Of a stretch of 64,000 nucleotides of DNA, positions 49,102 to 57,813 are shown in pieces. The translations under genes were made by a program, and so were the position numbers. The notes below the pieces were generated by a model. That model was given only the letters and a program-made list of their open reading frames with translations. It did not search any database and had not been told where the DNA came from. The stretch is taken from positions 1,152,001-1,216,000 of the forward strand of contig OZ252244.1 in NCBI GenBank assembly GCA_965249575.1, given 5' to 3'. How positions within the stretch are numbered: the stretch's first letter is position 1; each line of letters begins with the position of its first letter. Origin of the DNA: Gemmatimonadales bacterium. GTDB taxonomy: Bacteria; Gemmatimonadota; Gemmatimonadetes; Gemmatimonadales; GWC2-71-9.

Positions 49102-49516
49102 GCTCGTCCGGAAACGTCGCGATGACGGTGTAGGTATCGATGTGGAGGGGGTCCGGTTCCAGGTACGGCCGGCTCCGCCACGAAAGCCAGGCGTGGGCCT
49201 CGAACTTCCCGCTCGACCCTCGCCGCACCCCGATACAGAGCACGACGGCCCGGCCGGCTCGCCGCATGAGGTAATACAGCACGGCAGCTCGGCGGAGGCA
49301 GGTGTGGCGCCAGGGCCCAGGCAACCGCCGGAGAGTCCCGCCTACCCACTCAACGATGGACGTCTCGTCGAACCCGGGTGGCGGATACCGGGGGCTGGAG
49401 CGCCGACTGAGCCAGCGGACGAGCCGGTCGAGCGCCACGATCCTCAGGCAGGGCAGGATGATGAACGAGGCGGCCGTGGCGCGCATGTGCCAGGCGAACC
49501 GAGAGGCCGGGGTCAG
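49076..49516 (-). CDS. Lasso-peptide B2-type leader peptidase (transglutaminase-like Cys protease)
   Basis: TCLRRAAVL...IGVR...EAHAW; GAGGAGG upstream of a CTG overlapping the PqqD stop; an alternative ATG lies at 49486. Confidence 0.88.
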   Translation of the reverse strand: MTPASRFAWHMRATAASFIILPCLRIVALDRLVRWLSRRSSPRYPPPGFDETSIVEWVGGTLRRLPGPWRHTCLRRAAVLYYLMRRAGRAVVLCIGVRRGSSGKFEAHAWLSWRSRPYLEPDPLHIDTYTVIATFPDERAASRSAA

Positions 49517-49788
49517 TCCGTACCCTCCTCTAATAGCAGTTCGGCTTCGTGGCACCGATTGAGAAACTCCGCCACGCTTTGACGCGCCTCCTCGTCCGAG
49601 ACCTCGTAGGTCTCGAGGAGAATGGCGACGATTTCGTCGGCCGTCCGCGGCGCCTTGAGGGCCTCGAGAATCGCGAGGCCGGTCTCGCTCACGGTGAAGT
49701 AGCGCTGGTTCCCAAGGTGAAGGACCACGCCTTCACCTTCCAACTCGGCAACCCTGAGATCGGGCCGCTGCCGAAATCGAACCGTCAT
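49513..49788 (-). CDS. PqqD/RiPP recognition element (lasso B1-like)
   Basis: ELEGEGVVLHLGNQRYFTVSETG..ILEAL...YEVSDEEARQSVAEFL; GGAGG RBS. Confidence 0.9.
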   Translation of the reverse strand: MTVRFRQRPDLRVAELEGEGVVLHLGNQRYFTVSETGLAILEALKAPRTADEIVAILLETYEVSDEEARQSVAEFLNRCHEAELLLEEGTD

Positions 49789-50702
49789 TCGATCACCTCC
49801 GCGAGGCGCTCGGGCCGCCGGAAGAGATCGCTGCCGAGCGTCACCCGATAGCTCCGGCTCTACCGGGCCAGCTGCGCGATCAGGTCCAGGTGCTCTTGAG
49901 CTAGGTCCGGCTCGAGCATGACCCACGTCGACCAGCGGATCAGTTGCGAGAGGGTTTCCTTCGGCCCGAGCGGCTCCGCGTGCGTCGTCGCCCCGTCAAC
50001 TGTCGTGAAGACGAGGATCTCTGGCTCGACCCGCGGCGCCCACGCAGCACCAAAACCCTCCGGCCGGCACACAAACTTCCTCCGTCTGGCATCGTACTCA
50101 GCCTGCTTGGGCCTCAGGAGATCGTGCGCCCGCTTCCGCAAAGAAAGCGAACCGCGGGGCGCAATCGCCGTAACCCGGTCCCCTGAAGACGCCAAGAAGA
50201 TCGTGTCGTCGTGGCCGATCGCCCACTGCCGCGACGCGAGGAGCGCAGCCGTCGTCGACTTTCCAGCCCGGGCCCCTCCGGCGATGAGCCAGCCCCGGCC
50301 CGTAAGATCCACGGCCGACGCGGCGTGCGCCGCGTGCCATCCAACTCTGCGGAGAAGAAAAAGCAGTACGATGAAGAGAAAGGTCGGCTTCGCTGCCTCG
50401 AGGTGCTCGACAGCCGCCCGTGACAGCACGACTTCGGCACGGAGCGCTCCGGCCCGAATCACGGCGGCGGCGGGCTCGACGAGCCACTCGATGCGAACGT
50501 CGCCCGCGGGCGGTCCCGCGCGGATCTCGACCTCCGGCTGCCGAACGATCGGTCGCGGATCGTCCGCGAATCCTTCGGGCGTGCCGATCCGGACATCGAG
50601 CGTGACCGACGTGCTGGGATCGAGCCGCCGGGCATGCAACCCCTCCTCGAGAATCCGCCGCGCCTCTCGATCGTCGCAGGCCAACTCGATTGATGCCCTC
50701 AT
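49785..50702 (-). CDS. HPr kinase-like kinase with an in-frame TAG at 49860-49862
   Basis: HAASAV...GGARAGKSTT...HDD; the frame continues 24 codons past the TAG to a TGA overlapping the PqqD ATG. Confidence 0.82.
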
Positions 50703-50796
50703 TGGGCGGCCGCGCGGGCATTCACCCCCCCAAATGGAGCGCGCGCCGACCCCGATATACGGTGCCGGCGCGCGCGCTCGATCGAGCAGCCGCCTC

Positions 50797-50895
50797 TTAA
50801 GTTATCCCAGACACCTGCGGGAATTGGAGGGTACCGTCGGCCAACGATGCCTCTTCGACCAACGTGGGCTTTACGAATGGCTTCTTGGGCTTCAC
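50797..50895 (-). CDS. Putative RiPP precursor peptide, 32 aa (MKPKKPFVKPTLVEEASLADGTLQFPQVSGIT)
   Basis: GAGGAG RBS, GTG start, TAA stop; FxxPxL motif and conserved-style Thr(-2); first gene of the cluster; absent from the ORF track. Confidence 0.8.
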   Translation of the reverse strand: MKPKKPFVKPTLVEEASLADGTLQFPQVSGIT

Positions 50896-51405
50896 TATAG
50901 ACTCCTCTCCGATCGGTTACAGCCGCCCACGATCGCAAGATTTGCACCCCCGGGTACGATGTCGCCACGCCGATCTCTAAGATCATGTAAAACATGAGGT
51001 TGTGCGATACGGTGACCAGCTGTTCTTTCTGGCTTTGCGTAGAAGGTGCGCTGCACCGGCCGGCCCACTCGGACGATTTTGTGGTGAGTCCTCGACAATC
51101 CAGATCGTTCCACGACGGGGCTGGATATGTCGACCACCGTGCCGGCCTTTCCACTTCGCCCCAACATCCCCATCGGCTCAAACGGTAAGAGCCGTGCTCG
51201 ACCGAGCCGCTGGACGTCGCACCGAGTTCGCTCCGCCGCCGGGACAGCCGGGGACCTACCCCGCGTGTGGCACCGGAACCACACCTGCACGGCGTGCGGG
51301 CTGTAACCCGTTGAAAGGGCAGACAATACAGCGGCCCGTTCTTTGCATTTGCCATCGTAGGCGCTATCATTCACTCTTAATCACCGGCTCAGCACATTCA
51401 GCCTA

Positions 51406-53025
51406 ATGTCCCCTCCAACGTTGAAGCACTCCGCTGGGCCCGAGGCCGCAAGGGGAATCGAGGTCCGCGCCCCCGTCCCCGCCGAACACCAACCCATTCT
51501 TGGCCCCAATGCACTCGCCTTCGTCGCGAAGCTCGAGCGGGTGTTCGAATCCCGGCGGCGGGAACTTCTCGAGGCGCGGCTTGTCCGGCAGCGGGAGATC
51601 GACGGCGGGCGGTTCCCGGAATTCTTGCCGGCTACGGTCGAGGTACGCGAGAGCGAATGGGAGGTCGCCGCGATACCGGATGACCTGCGCGACCGACGCG
51701 TCGAGATCACGGGGCCGGTCGACCGGAAAATGATCATCAACGCGCTCAATTCCGGTGCGAACGTCTTCATGGCGGACTTCGAGGACTCCAATTCTCCCAC
51801 CTGGACGAACAACGTGGCCGGTCAGGCCAACCTGTACGACGCGGTGAGGCGTTCTATCACGTACGAGAGTCCGGAGGGGAAGCGCTACGAGTTGGGTAGC
51901 GACCCAGCGACGCTCTTGGTCCGCCCGCGCGGATGGCATCTCGTGGAGAAACATGTCACGGTCGGCGGCGTCCCGGTTTCAGGCGCGCTCTTCGACTTCG
52001 GCCTGTTTTTCTACCACAACGCCGCTGAGCTGCTAAAGCGTGGCACGGGGCCGTATTTCTATCTCCCGAAGCTAGAGAGCCACCTCGAGGCGCGCCTCTG
52101 GAACGACGTCTTCAATTTCGCTCAGGACGAGCTGGGGATCGCGCGTGGGTCGATTCGGGCAACCGTACTCATAGAGACCATTCACGCCGCGTTCGAAATG
52201 GACGAGATCCTCTGGGAGCTCCGGGACCATTCTGCCGGGCTCAACTGCGGCCGGTGGGACTACATCTTCAGTTTCATCAAGACGTTCCGCACGCGTCCAA
52301 ACTACACCCTTCCCGACCGTGCCCAGGTCACGATGGACCGTCATTTCTTACAGTCGTATGTCGACCTGCTCATCAAAACGTGTCACCGTCGCGGTATCCA
52401 CGCGATGGGCGGGATGGCCGCCCAGATCCCTATCAAGAACGACCCCGCGGCCAACGAGGCTGCGGTGGAGAAGGTTCGTCTCGACAAACTCCGGGAAGTA
52501 AAGGCCGGACATGACGGGACCTGGGTCGCGCACCCCGGGTTGATTGCCATCGCGCGCACGGTCTTCGACGCCGAAATGGCCGCGGCAAACCAGATCTCCC
52601 GCGGCCCGCAAGACGTGGGTGTCCGTGCCCAGGACCTCTTGACCGTCCCTGATGGCACAATCACGGAAGGCGGTCTCCGGACAAACATCGACGTCGGTAT
52701 CCAGTATCTCGAAGCGTGGCTGGGCGGCAACGGCTGTGTCCCGATCTACAACCTCATGGAGGACGCGGCTACGGCCGAGATCTCCCGGAGCCAGGTCTGG
52801 CAGTGGTTGGCGCATGGAGCCACGCTGGCCGACGGCCGAACCGTCACCCGGTCGCTGGTCGAGGAGATCATGGCCAGCGAGCTGGCAAAGCTACGCGAGC
52901 GGCTGGGCACGTCTCGATTCGATGGCGGCCAGTTCGGCCTCGCGAGCCAGTTGTTCAATGACATGATGACCGGCGATCATTTTGACCCGTTCATGACTAC
53001 GGCAGCCTACAACCACCTGGATTAA
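51406..53025 (+). CDS. aceB: Malate synthase A
   Basis: [28 protein letters not shown] and [12 protein letters not shown]. Confidence 0.97.
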   Translation: MSPPTLKHSAGPEAARGIEVRAPVPAEHQPILGPNALAFVAKLERVFESRRRELLEARLVRQREIDGGRFPEFLPATVEVRESEWEVAAIPDDLRDRRVEITGPVDRKMIINALNSGANVFMADFEDSNSPTWTNNVAGQANLYDAVRRSITYESPEGKRYELGSDPATLLVRPRGWHLVEKHVTVGGVPVSGALFDFGLFFYHNAAELLKRGTGPYFYLPKLESHLEARLWNDVFNFAQDELGIARGSIRATVLIETIHAAFEMDEILWELRDHSAGLNCGRWDYIFSFIKTFRTRPNYTLPDRAQVTMDRHFLQSYVDLLIKTCHRRGIHAMGGMAAQIPIKNDPAANEAAVEKVRLDKLREVKAGHDGTWVAHPGLIAIARTVFDAEMAAANQISRGPQDVGVRAQDLLTVPDGTITEGGLRTNIDVGIQYLEAWLGGNGCVPIYNLMEDAATAEISRSQVWQWLAHGATLADGRTVTRSLVEEIMASELAKLRERLGTSRFDGGQFGLASQLFNDMMTGDHFDPFMTTAAYNHLD

Positions 53026-53042
53026 CGAGTTACGGAGGAGAG

Positions 53043-54338
53043 ATGGATCAAGGGACCTTTACGACCGCGCTGTACCGCAAGTGGCAAACCGACACCCGAT
53101 GGGCCGGGATCACGCGCCCTTACACCGCCGAAGACGTTCTTCGGCTTCGCGGTACCGTGAAGATCTCTCACACACTCGCCGAGCGCGGCGCGCATAAGAT
53201 CTGGGAGCTCGTCAACAACGGATACGTGTCGGCGTTAAGCGCCGTCACGGGCTCGCAAGCAGTGCAGCAGGTGCGAGCGGGCCTCCAGGCTATCTACGTC
53301 AGTGGTTGGCAAGTTGCCGGTGACGTAAACACGGCATTCGAGACCTACCCGGACCAGAGTCTCTATCCGGCCGACAGCGTCCCCACGCTCGTGCGCCGCA
53401 TCAACAACGCCTTGCTCCGTGCGGATCAGATCCAACACATGAAGGGCGAGGACGACGTGGACTGGCTCGTACCGATCGTCGCAGATGCCGAGGCGGGCTT
53501 CGGTGGACTGCTCAACGCGTACGAACTCATGCGACACACACTCAGCGAGGGCGCTGCAGGAGTACACTTCGAGGACCAGCTGGCCTCGCTCAAGAAATGC
53601 GGGCACCTGGGTGGCAAGGTGCTCGTACCCACAAGCGAGTTCATCAAGAAGCTGATCGCCGCGCGATTGGCGGCCGACGTATGCGACGTCGACACTCTCC
53701 TGATCGCGCGAACCGACGCTCTCTCCGCTACGCTCCTGGCCAACGACGTCGACTCGTACGATCACCGATTCATCGAAGGGGACCGCACTTCCGAAGGGTT
53801 CGTGCGGGTCAAACCGGGGATCGAGGCCGCCATCGCTCGGTCGCTCGCCTACGCACCATATGCGGACATGCTGTGGTTCGAGACCGCGAAGCCGGACATG
53901 AGCGAGGCCCGCCAGTTCGCCGAAGCCATTCACCGTCACCACCCGGGCAAGCTCCTCGCGTACAACTGCTCGCCATCCTTCAATTGGCGCCTCCACTTGA
54001 AAGAGCACGAGATCGCCGCCTTCCAGCGGGAGCTCGGCGCCATGGGGTACAAGTTCCAGTTCGTGACGCTATCCGGCTTCCACTCGCTGAATCACGCCAT
54101 GTTTGAGCTGGCTCGCGGGTACCGGGAGACTGGCATGGCTGCCTACGCGGCGCTCCAGACGCGTGAATTCGAGGCTGAGGAGCAGGGATATGAGGCCGTG
54201 CGGCATCAGGATTTCGTTGGGGCTGGGTACTTCGACCTCGTCACGCAGATCGTGACCTCCGGCCGGTCGTCGACCCTCGCGATGGAGGGCTCCACTGAGC
54301 AGGAGCAGTTCAAGACGAGAACCGCCACGGGGAGCTGA
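53043..54338 (+). CDS. aceA: Isocitrate lyase
   Basis: [17 protein letters not shown] and [10 protein letters not shown]. Confidence 0.97.
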   Translation: MDQGTFTTALYRKWQTDTRWAGITRPYTAEDVLRLRGTVKISHTLAERGAHKIWELVNNGYVSALSAVTGSQAVQQVRAGLQAIYVSGWQVAGDVNTAFETYPDQSLYPADSVPTLVRRINNALLRADQIQHMKGEDDVDWLVPIVADAEAGFGGLLNAYELMRHTLSEGAAGVHFEDQLASLKKCGHLGGKVLVPTSEFIKKLIAARLAADVCDVDTLLIARTDALSATLLANDVDSYDHRFIEGDRTSEGFVRVKPGIEAAIARSLAYAPYADMLWFETAKPDMSEARQFAEAIHRHHPGKLLAYNCSPSFNWRLHLKEHEIAAFQRELGAMGYKFQFVTLSGFHSLNHAMFELARGYRETGMAAYAALQTREFEAEEQGYEAVRHQDFVGAGYFDLVTQIVTSGRSSTLAMEGSTEQEQFKTRTATGS

Positions 54339-54543
54339 GCCGGACGCAGACGACCCGCCCGAGTCTCCCATGGTGGGGTGCGCGCCCAGACGGGGGCCGG
54401 TCGGGCAGACCATCCCTAACGATACCGGGCGTTCGCCCGGGCGAGAGCACGGCCACTATCTTCCGCCACCGCGCTCGCCGTTACGCCGACGACGCCACCG
54501 GGTTTATCAGGCGCTTGCGCTGACCACGGAACGAGGGAGTGCT

Positions 54544-55788
54544 ATGCCGACGACCCGATTCACCTTCCAGGGTGCGAGCGGCGCCACGCTGTCGGGGCGG
54601 CTGGACCAACCGGCCGACCGGTCACCGCTGGCCTACGCGCTATTCTCCCACTGCTTCACGTGCTCGAAAGAATTGAGGGCCGTCGTCAATATCAGCCGCG
54701 AGCTCAACCGCCATCGAATCGGCGTCTTCCGGTTCGACTTCACCGGGCTTGGGGAGAGTGAAGGGGACTTCGGAGAGACGGGATTCAGCTCGAATGTCGA
54801 CGATCTGGTTGCGGCAGCCGAATTCATGGCCCGCGAGTTGGCCACCCCGCAGGTGCTCATCGGACACTCTTTTGGCGGCGCGGCAGTGCTCCAGGCGGCC
54901 CATCGGATCAAAGACGTGAGGGCCGTGGTGACGATTGGCGCACCATACGATCCCAGCCACGTCACACACCTCCTCGAGCGCGGTCGCGACGAGATCATGT
55001 CCGAGGGGGAAGCGGTCGTGACGATTGCAGGCAGGCGGTTTCGCATTACGAAACAGTTCCTGGAAGATCTCGAAGCCCCTCGAGTTCTCGAAGTGATCGG
55101 GGATCTCAAGAGAGCACTACTGATTCTCCACTCACCGGTGGATACGATCGTGGGGATCGAGAACGCCGCGCTCATCTACGAGGCAGCAAAGCATCCGAAG
55201 AGCTTCGTCTCGCTTGATGACGCTGACCATCTTCTCACTCGGGAGCGGGACTCGCGATACGCGGGAGCGGTGCTTGCGGCCTGGGCCAACCGTTACCTCG
55301 ACGATCCACCGGTTAGGACGGTTGACCAACTCCGAACCGACAGCCGGGTTGTCGCGCTAACTGGGCCATCCGGATATCGGACGGAGATCATGGCGAACGG
55401 TCACGGCTTCTTGTCCGACGAGCCGGAATCGGTCGGCGGAACGAACCTAGGCCCCACGCCATACGATCTGCTCGCGGCAGCGCTCGGCGCTTGCACGGCA
55501 ATGACTCTCAGGATGTACGCAGACCGGAAAGAGTGGCCTTTGGAGGCAGTCGCGGTGGGATTGACCCACCGTAGGCTACATGCCGAAGACCGGGACGCTT
55601 GCGATTCGGGGCGTCCTCGACTCGACCAGATCGACCGGCAGTTGCACCTGGAGGGAGATCTCGACGACACCCAACGGCAGCGGCTCATGGAAATCGCTGA
55701 CCGGTGCCCGGTACACCAAACCCTTGACCGCGGGGTGCGCGTGGCCACGCAGCTCGCCTCGGTCCCGCTCGGTGAGCGAGACGAGTGA
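54544..55788 (+). CDS. Bifunctional alpha/beta hydrolase-OsmC family protein
   Basis: HCFTCSK, GHSFGG, ADHLL; DEP..VGG..GPTP, GACTAMT and CPVH. Confidence 0.92.
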   Translation: MPTTRFTFQGASGATLSGRLDQPADRSPLAYALFSHCFTCSKELRAVVNISRELNRHRIGVFRFDFTGLGESEGDFGETGFSSNVDDLVAAAEFMARELATPQVLIGHSFGGAAVLQAAHRIKDVRAVVTIGAPYDPSHVTHLLERGRDEIMSEGEAVVTIAGRRFRITKQFLEDLEAPRVLEVIGDLKRALLILHSPVDTIVGIENAALIYEAAKHPKSFVSLDDADHLLTRERDSRYAGAVLAAWANRYLDDPPVRTVDQLRTDSRVVALTGPSGYRTEIMANGHGFLSDEPESVGGTNLGPTPYDLLAAALGACTAMTLRMYADRKEWPLEAVAVGLTHRRLHAEDRDACDSGRPRLDQIDRQLHLEGDLDDTQRQRLMEIADRCPVHQTLDRGVRVATQLASVPLGERDE

Positions 55789-55792
55789 GACC

Positions 55793-56074
55793 ATGCAGAT
55801 CCAGATCGAACACGACACCCAGTCAAAGCGGTTTCTCAGCCGCGTGGACAGTGGATCGGCCACCTTGTCTTACGCGTCAATGAACGATGGCGTGTTGGAC
55901 TTCCGGAGCACGTTCGTGCCACCGAAAGACCGCAAGCGCGGCATCGGAGAACAGATCGTCCTCCATGCGCTCCGGTACGCCAGAGATCACGGGTTCCGAG
56001 TGCGCCCGAGTTGTGACTTCGTCTCGGCGGTCCTCGAGCGCCATTCAGAATTCGATGCCATCGTCGACCGATAA
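55793..56074 (+). CDS. Small GNAT acetyltransferase (YjdJ-like)
   Basis: TFVPPKDRKRGIG...VRPSCDFV. Confidence 0.85.
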   Translation: MQIQIEHDTQSKRFLSRVDSGSATLSYASMNDGVLDFRSTFVPPKDRKRGIGEQIVLHALRYARDHGFRVRPSCDFVSAVLERHSEFDAIVDR

Positions 56075-56220
56075 AACGGCCCTGTCGGAACACGGTTGCG
56101 GGAGGACTAGAACAACGGTAGCTTTTCGGCCGGATTCCCGTACGGGTGCGGCCACACGGTTTTCCCCCCGTGACGGGTTACGAACCCCAGCAAGAGGGCC
56201 AGACCTTGCTTGAGCCAGGA

Positions 56221-56952
56221 ATGTTGAATTTCGCGTGGTGGATGCCCCTCCTCTACTTCGCAATCGCCGGCCATCTCACGAACGCGGCCACCACGATCTA
56301 TCTCCATCGGGCCGTGACTCACGGAGGGGTGAGATTACATCCGATCGCGTCTGTACCGATGCGGGTGTGGCTGTGGCTGTCGACTGGAATCGTTACCGGC
56401 GAGTGGGTCGCGTGCCACCGCAAACACCACGCTCACTCCGATCGAGAGGGTGACCCGCACAGCCCGGTGCTCTTCGGTCTCCGATCGATCCTCCTGAAGG
56501 GATGGCTCCACTATCGCCGGAGCGTCCGGGAACCGGGTCTGGTACAAAAGTACGGCAGAGGGTGCCCGAACGATTGGCTCGAAAGAAAAGTCCTCTCCCG
56601 TTACAGTTACATCGGCATTCTCCTCATGCTCGTTATTGACGCGCTTCTGCTCGGATACCCCTGGGGCGTGGTCGTGTGGATCGGGCAGCTGGTGTGGATG
56701 CCTATTCTGGGCGCCGTTGTAAACGGGATCGGACACGCATGGGGGTATCGCAACTTCCCGGTCAAGGATCATAGCCGGAATTTCTTTCCCGCGGGCTTCC
56801 TGCTTGGAGGGGAAGAGCTCCACAACAACCACCATGCCGACCCCCGGTCGGCCAGGTTCCGCCGGCGCTGGTTCGAATTCGACGTCGGCTGGATCTACAT
56901 CAAGGTCATGTCGTGGTTCGGCCTAGCCAGGGTGGTGCACGCCGGCTACTAG
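56221..56952 (+). CDS. Fatty acid (delta-9-type) desaturase
   Basis: His boxes LHRAVTH, HRKHH and EELHNNHH. Confidence 0.92.
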   Translation: MLNFAWWMPLLYFAIAGHLTNAATTIYLHRAVTHGGVRLHPIASVPMRVWLWLSTGIVTGEWVACHRKHHAHSDREGDPHSPVLFGLRSILLKGWLHYRRSVREPGLVQKYGRGCPNDWLERKVLSRYSYIGILLMLVIDALLLGYPWGVVVWIGQLVWMPILGAVVNGIGHAWGYRNFPVKDHSRNFFPAGFLLGGEELHNNHHADPRSARFRRRWFEFDVGWIYIKVMSWFGLARVVHAGY

Positions 56953-57151
56953 CCGGTCAAGGATCCGTCTCGCCTGCCGCCACCGGTATCCCGGTGGCGA
57001 ACCCCGGATGAGTCACATCACCTCCAGCGCGGGGCCCCTCCCCGCGCCCCGGGATTTCCAGCTGAAACCCGTTCGTTGATGCGCACGTTGTCTTTGGTAT
57101 GGCAACGCAAGCCGCACGACCCGGATGACTACCCACGTTAACCCGAGGCTG

Positions 57152-57801
57152 ATGACGTACTCAATGACGATCAGGAACCTAGGGTTTCTGGTGATGGTCC
57201 TCGCGTCGGCGTGCGGCCGTGGGCGACCCGACGTCGCCGGAGTGTATCTGTTCAGCGCTTCGGCTCCGGGAGTTCGGTTTCCCGGAAGCATCGAGCTGCT
57301 AGAGGCATCGGATCGCATTTGGGGCCGGGTCACTGCCGTGATCGGTGGCGCGAACCAGCACATTCTCGTTCGGTCCGTCGAGACGCGGGGTCGCCATCTG
57401 ACGCTCATGCTTGCCGCCCCGACGGGCTCGGGCGATCCGACATCTATGTCGCGCGGCGCCACGCGGCGGGATATCCTGAAGTGCGGAACCTGGGAAGGGC
57501 CATCAACGACGAGCTGAGTCAATCCGACGTCTACGTGAGCCCCGACGAGAGCCTCATGATCCTCGTCATTACGGATCATCCCGAAGGGCATGGTGGTGAC
57601 GACCTATTCTTCAGCTTCAATCGGGAGGGGGTGTGGAGTCCCCCTAAGAACCTGGGACAACCGGTCAACTCATTCGAGTATGAGTACGGGCCGACGATCT
57701 CGCCTGACGGCGCCTACCTCTACTTCACCAGCCATCGCAGGGGATCAGGCGATATCTACCGGGTGCGCCTCGACAGCCTCGATCTCGACGCTTCGGAGTG
57801 A
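57152..57801 (+). pseudogene. Out-of-frame junction of a lipoprotein N-terminus and a PD40/TolB-like C-terminus
   Basis: LASAC lipobox frame switches near 57415 to RPDGLGRSDIY...NLG..IN...GGDDL...KNLGQPVN...SPDG.YLYFTS. Confidence 0.7.
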
Positions 57802-57813
57802 TCGCCACGCCAC

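Noticed and set aside
49860..49862. Genome-wide amber recoding or pyrrolysine readthrough (in-frame TAG also at 33869)
   Set aside because: TAG ends conserved genes here at their expected C-termini (rhomboid, SDR, SWIB, desaturase) and no pyl genes are visible
48005..50895. Calling this a standard lasso peptide cluster
   Set aside because: No cyclase in or beside the operon, and the predicted core has no Asp/Glu for a macrolactam
50699..51374. 223-aa and 159-aa minus-strand ORFs upstream of the kinase
   Set aside because: No motifs and atypical composition; the region is better explained by the 32-aa precursor and divergent promoters
51406..54338. Glyoxylate shunt as part of the RiPP system
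   Set aside because: Divergent, ordinary aceB-aceA with no evident functional link
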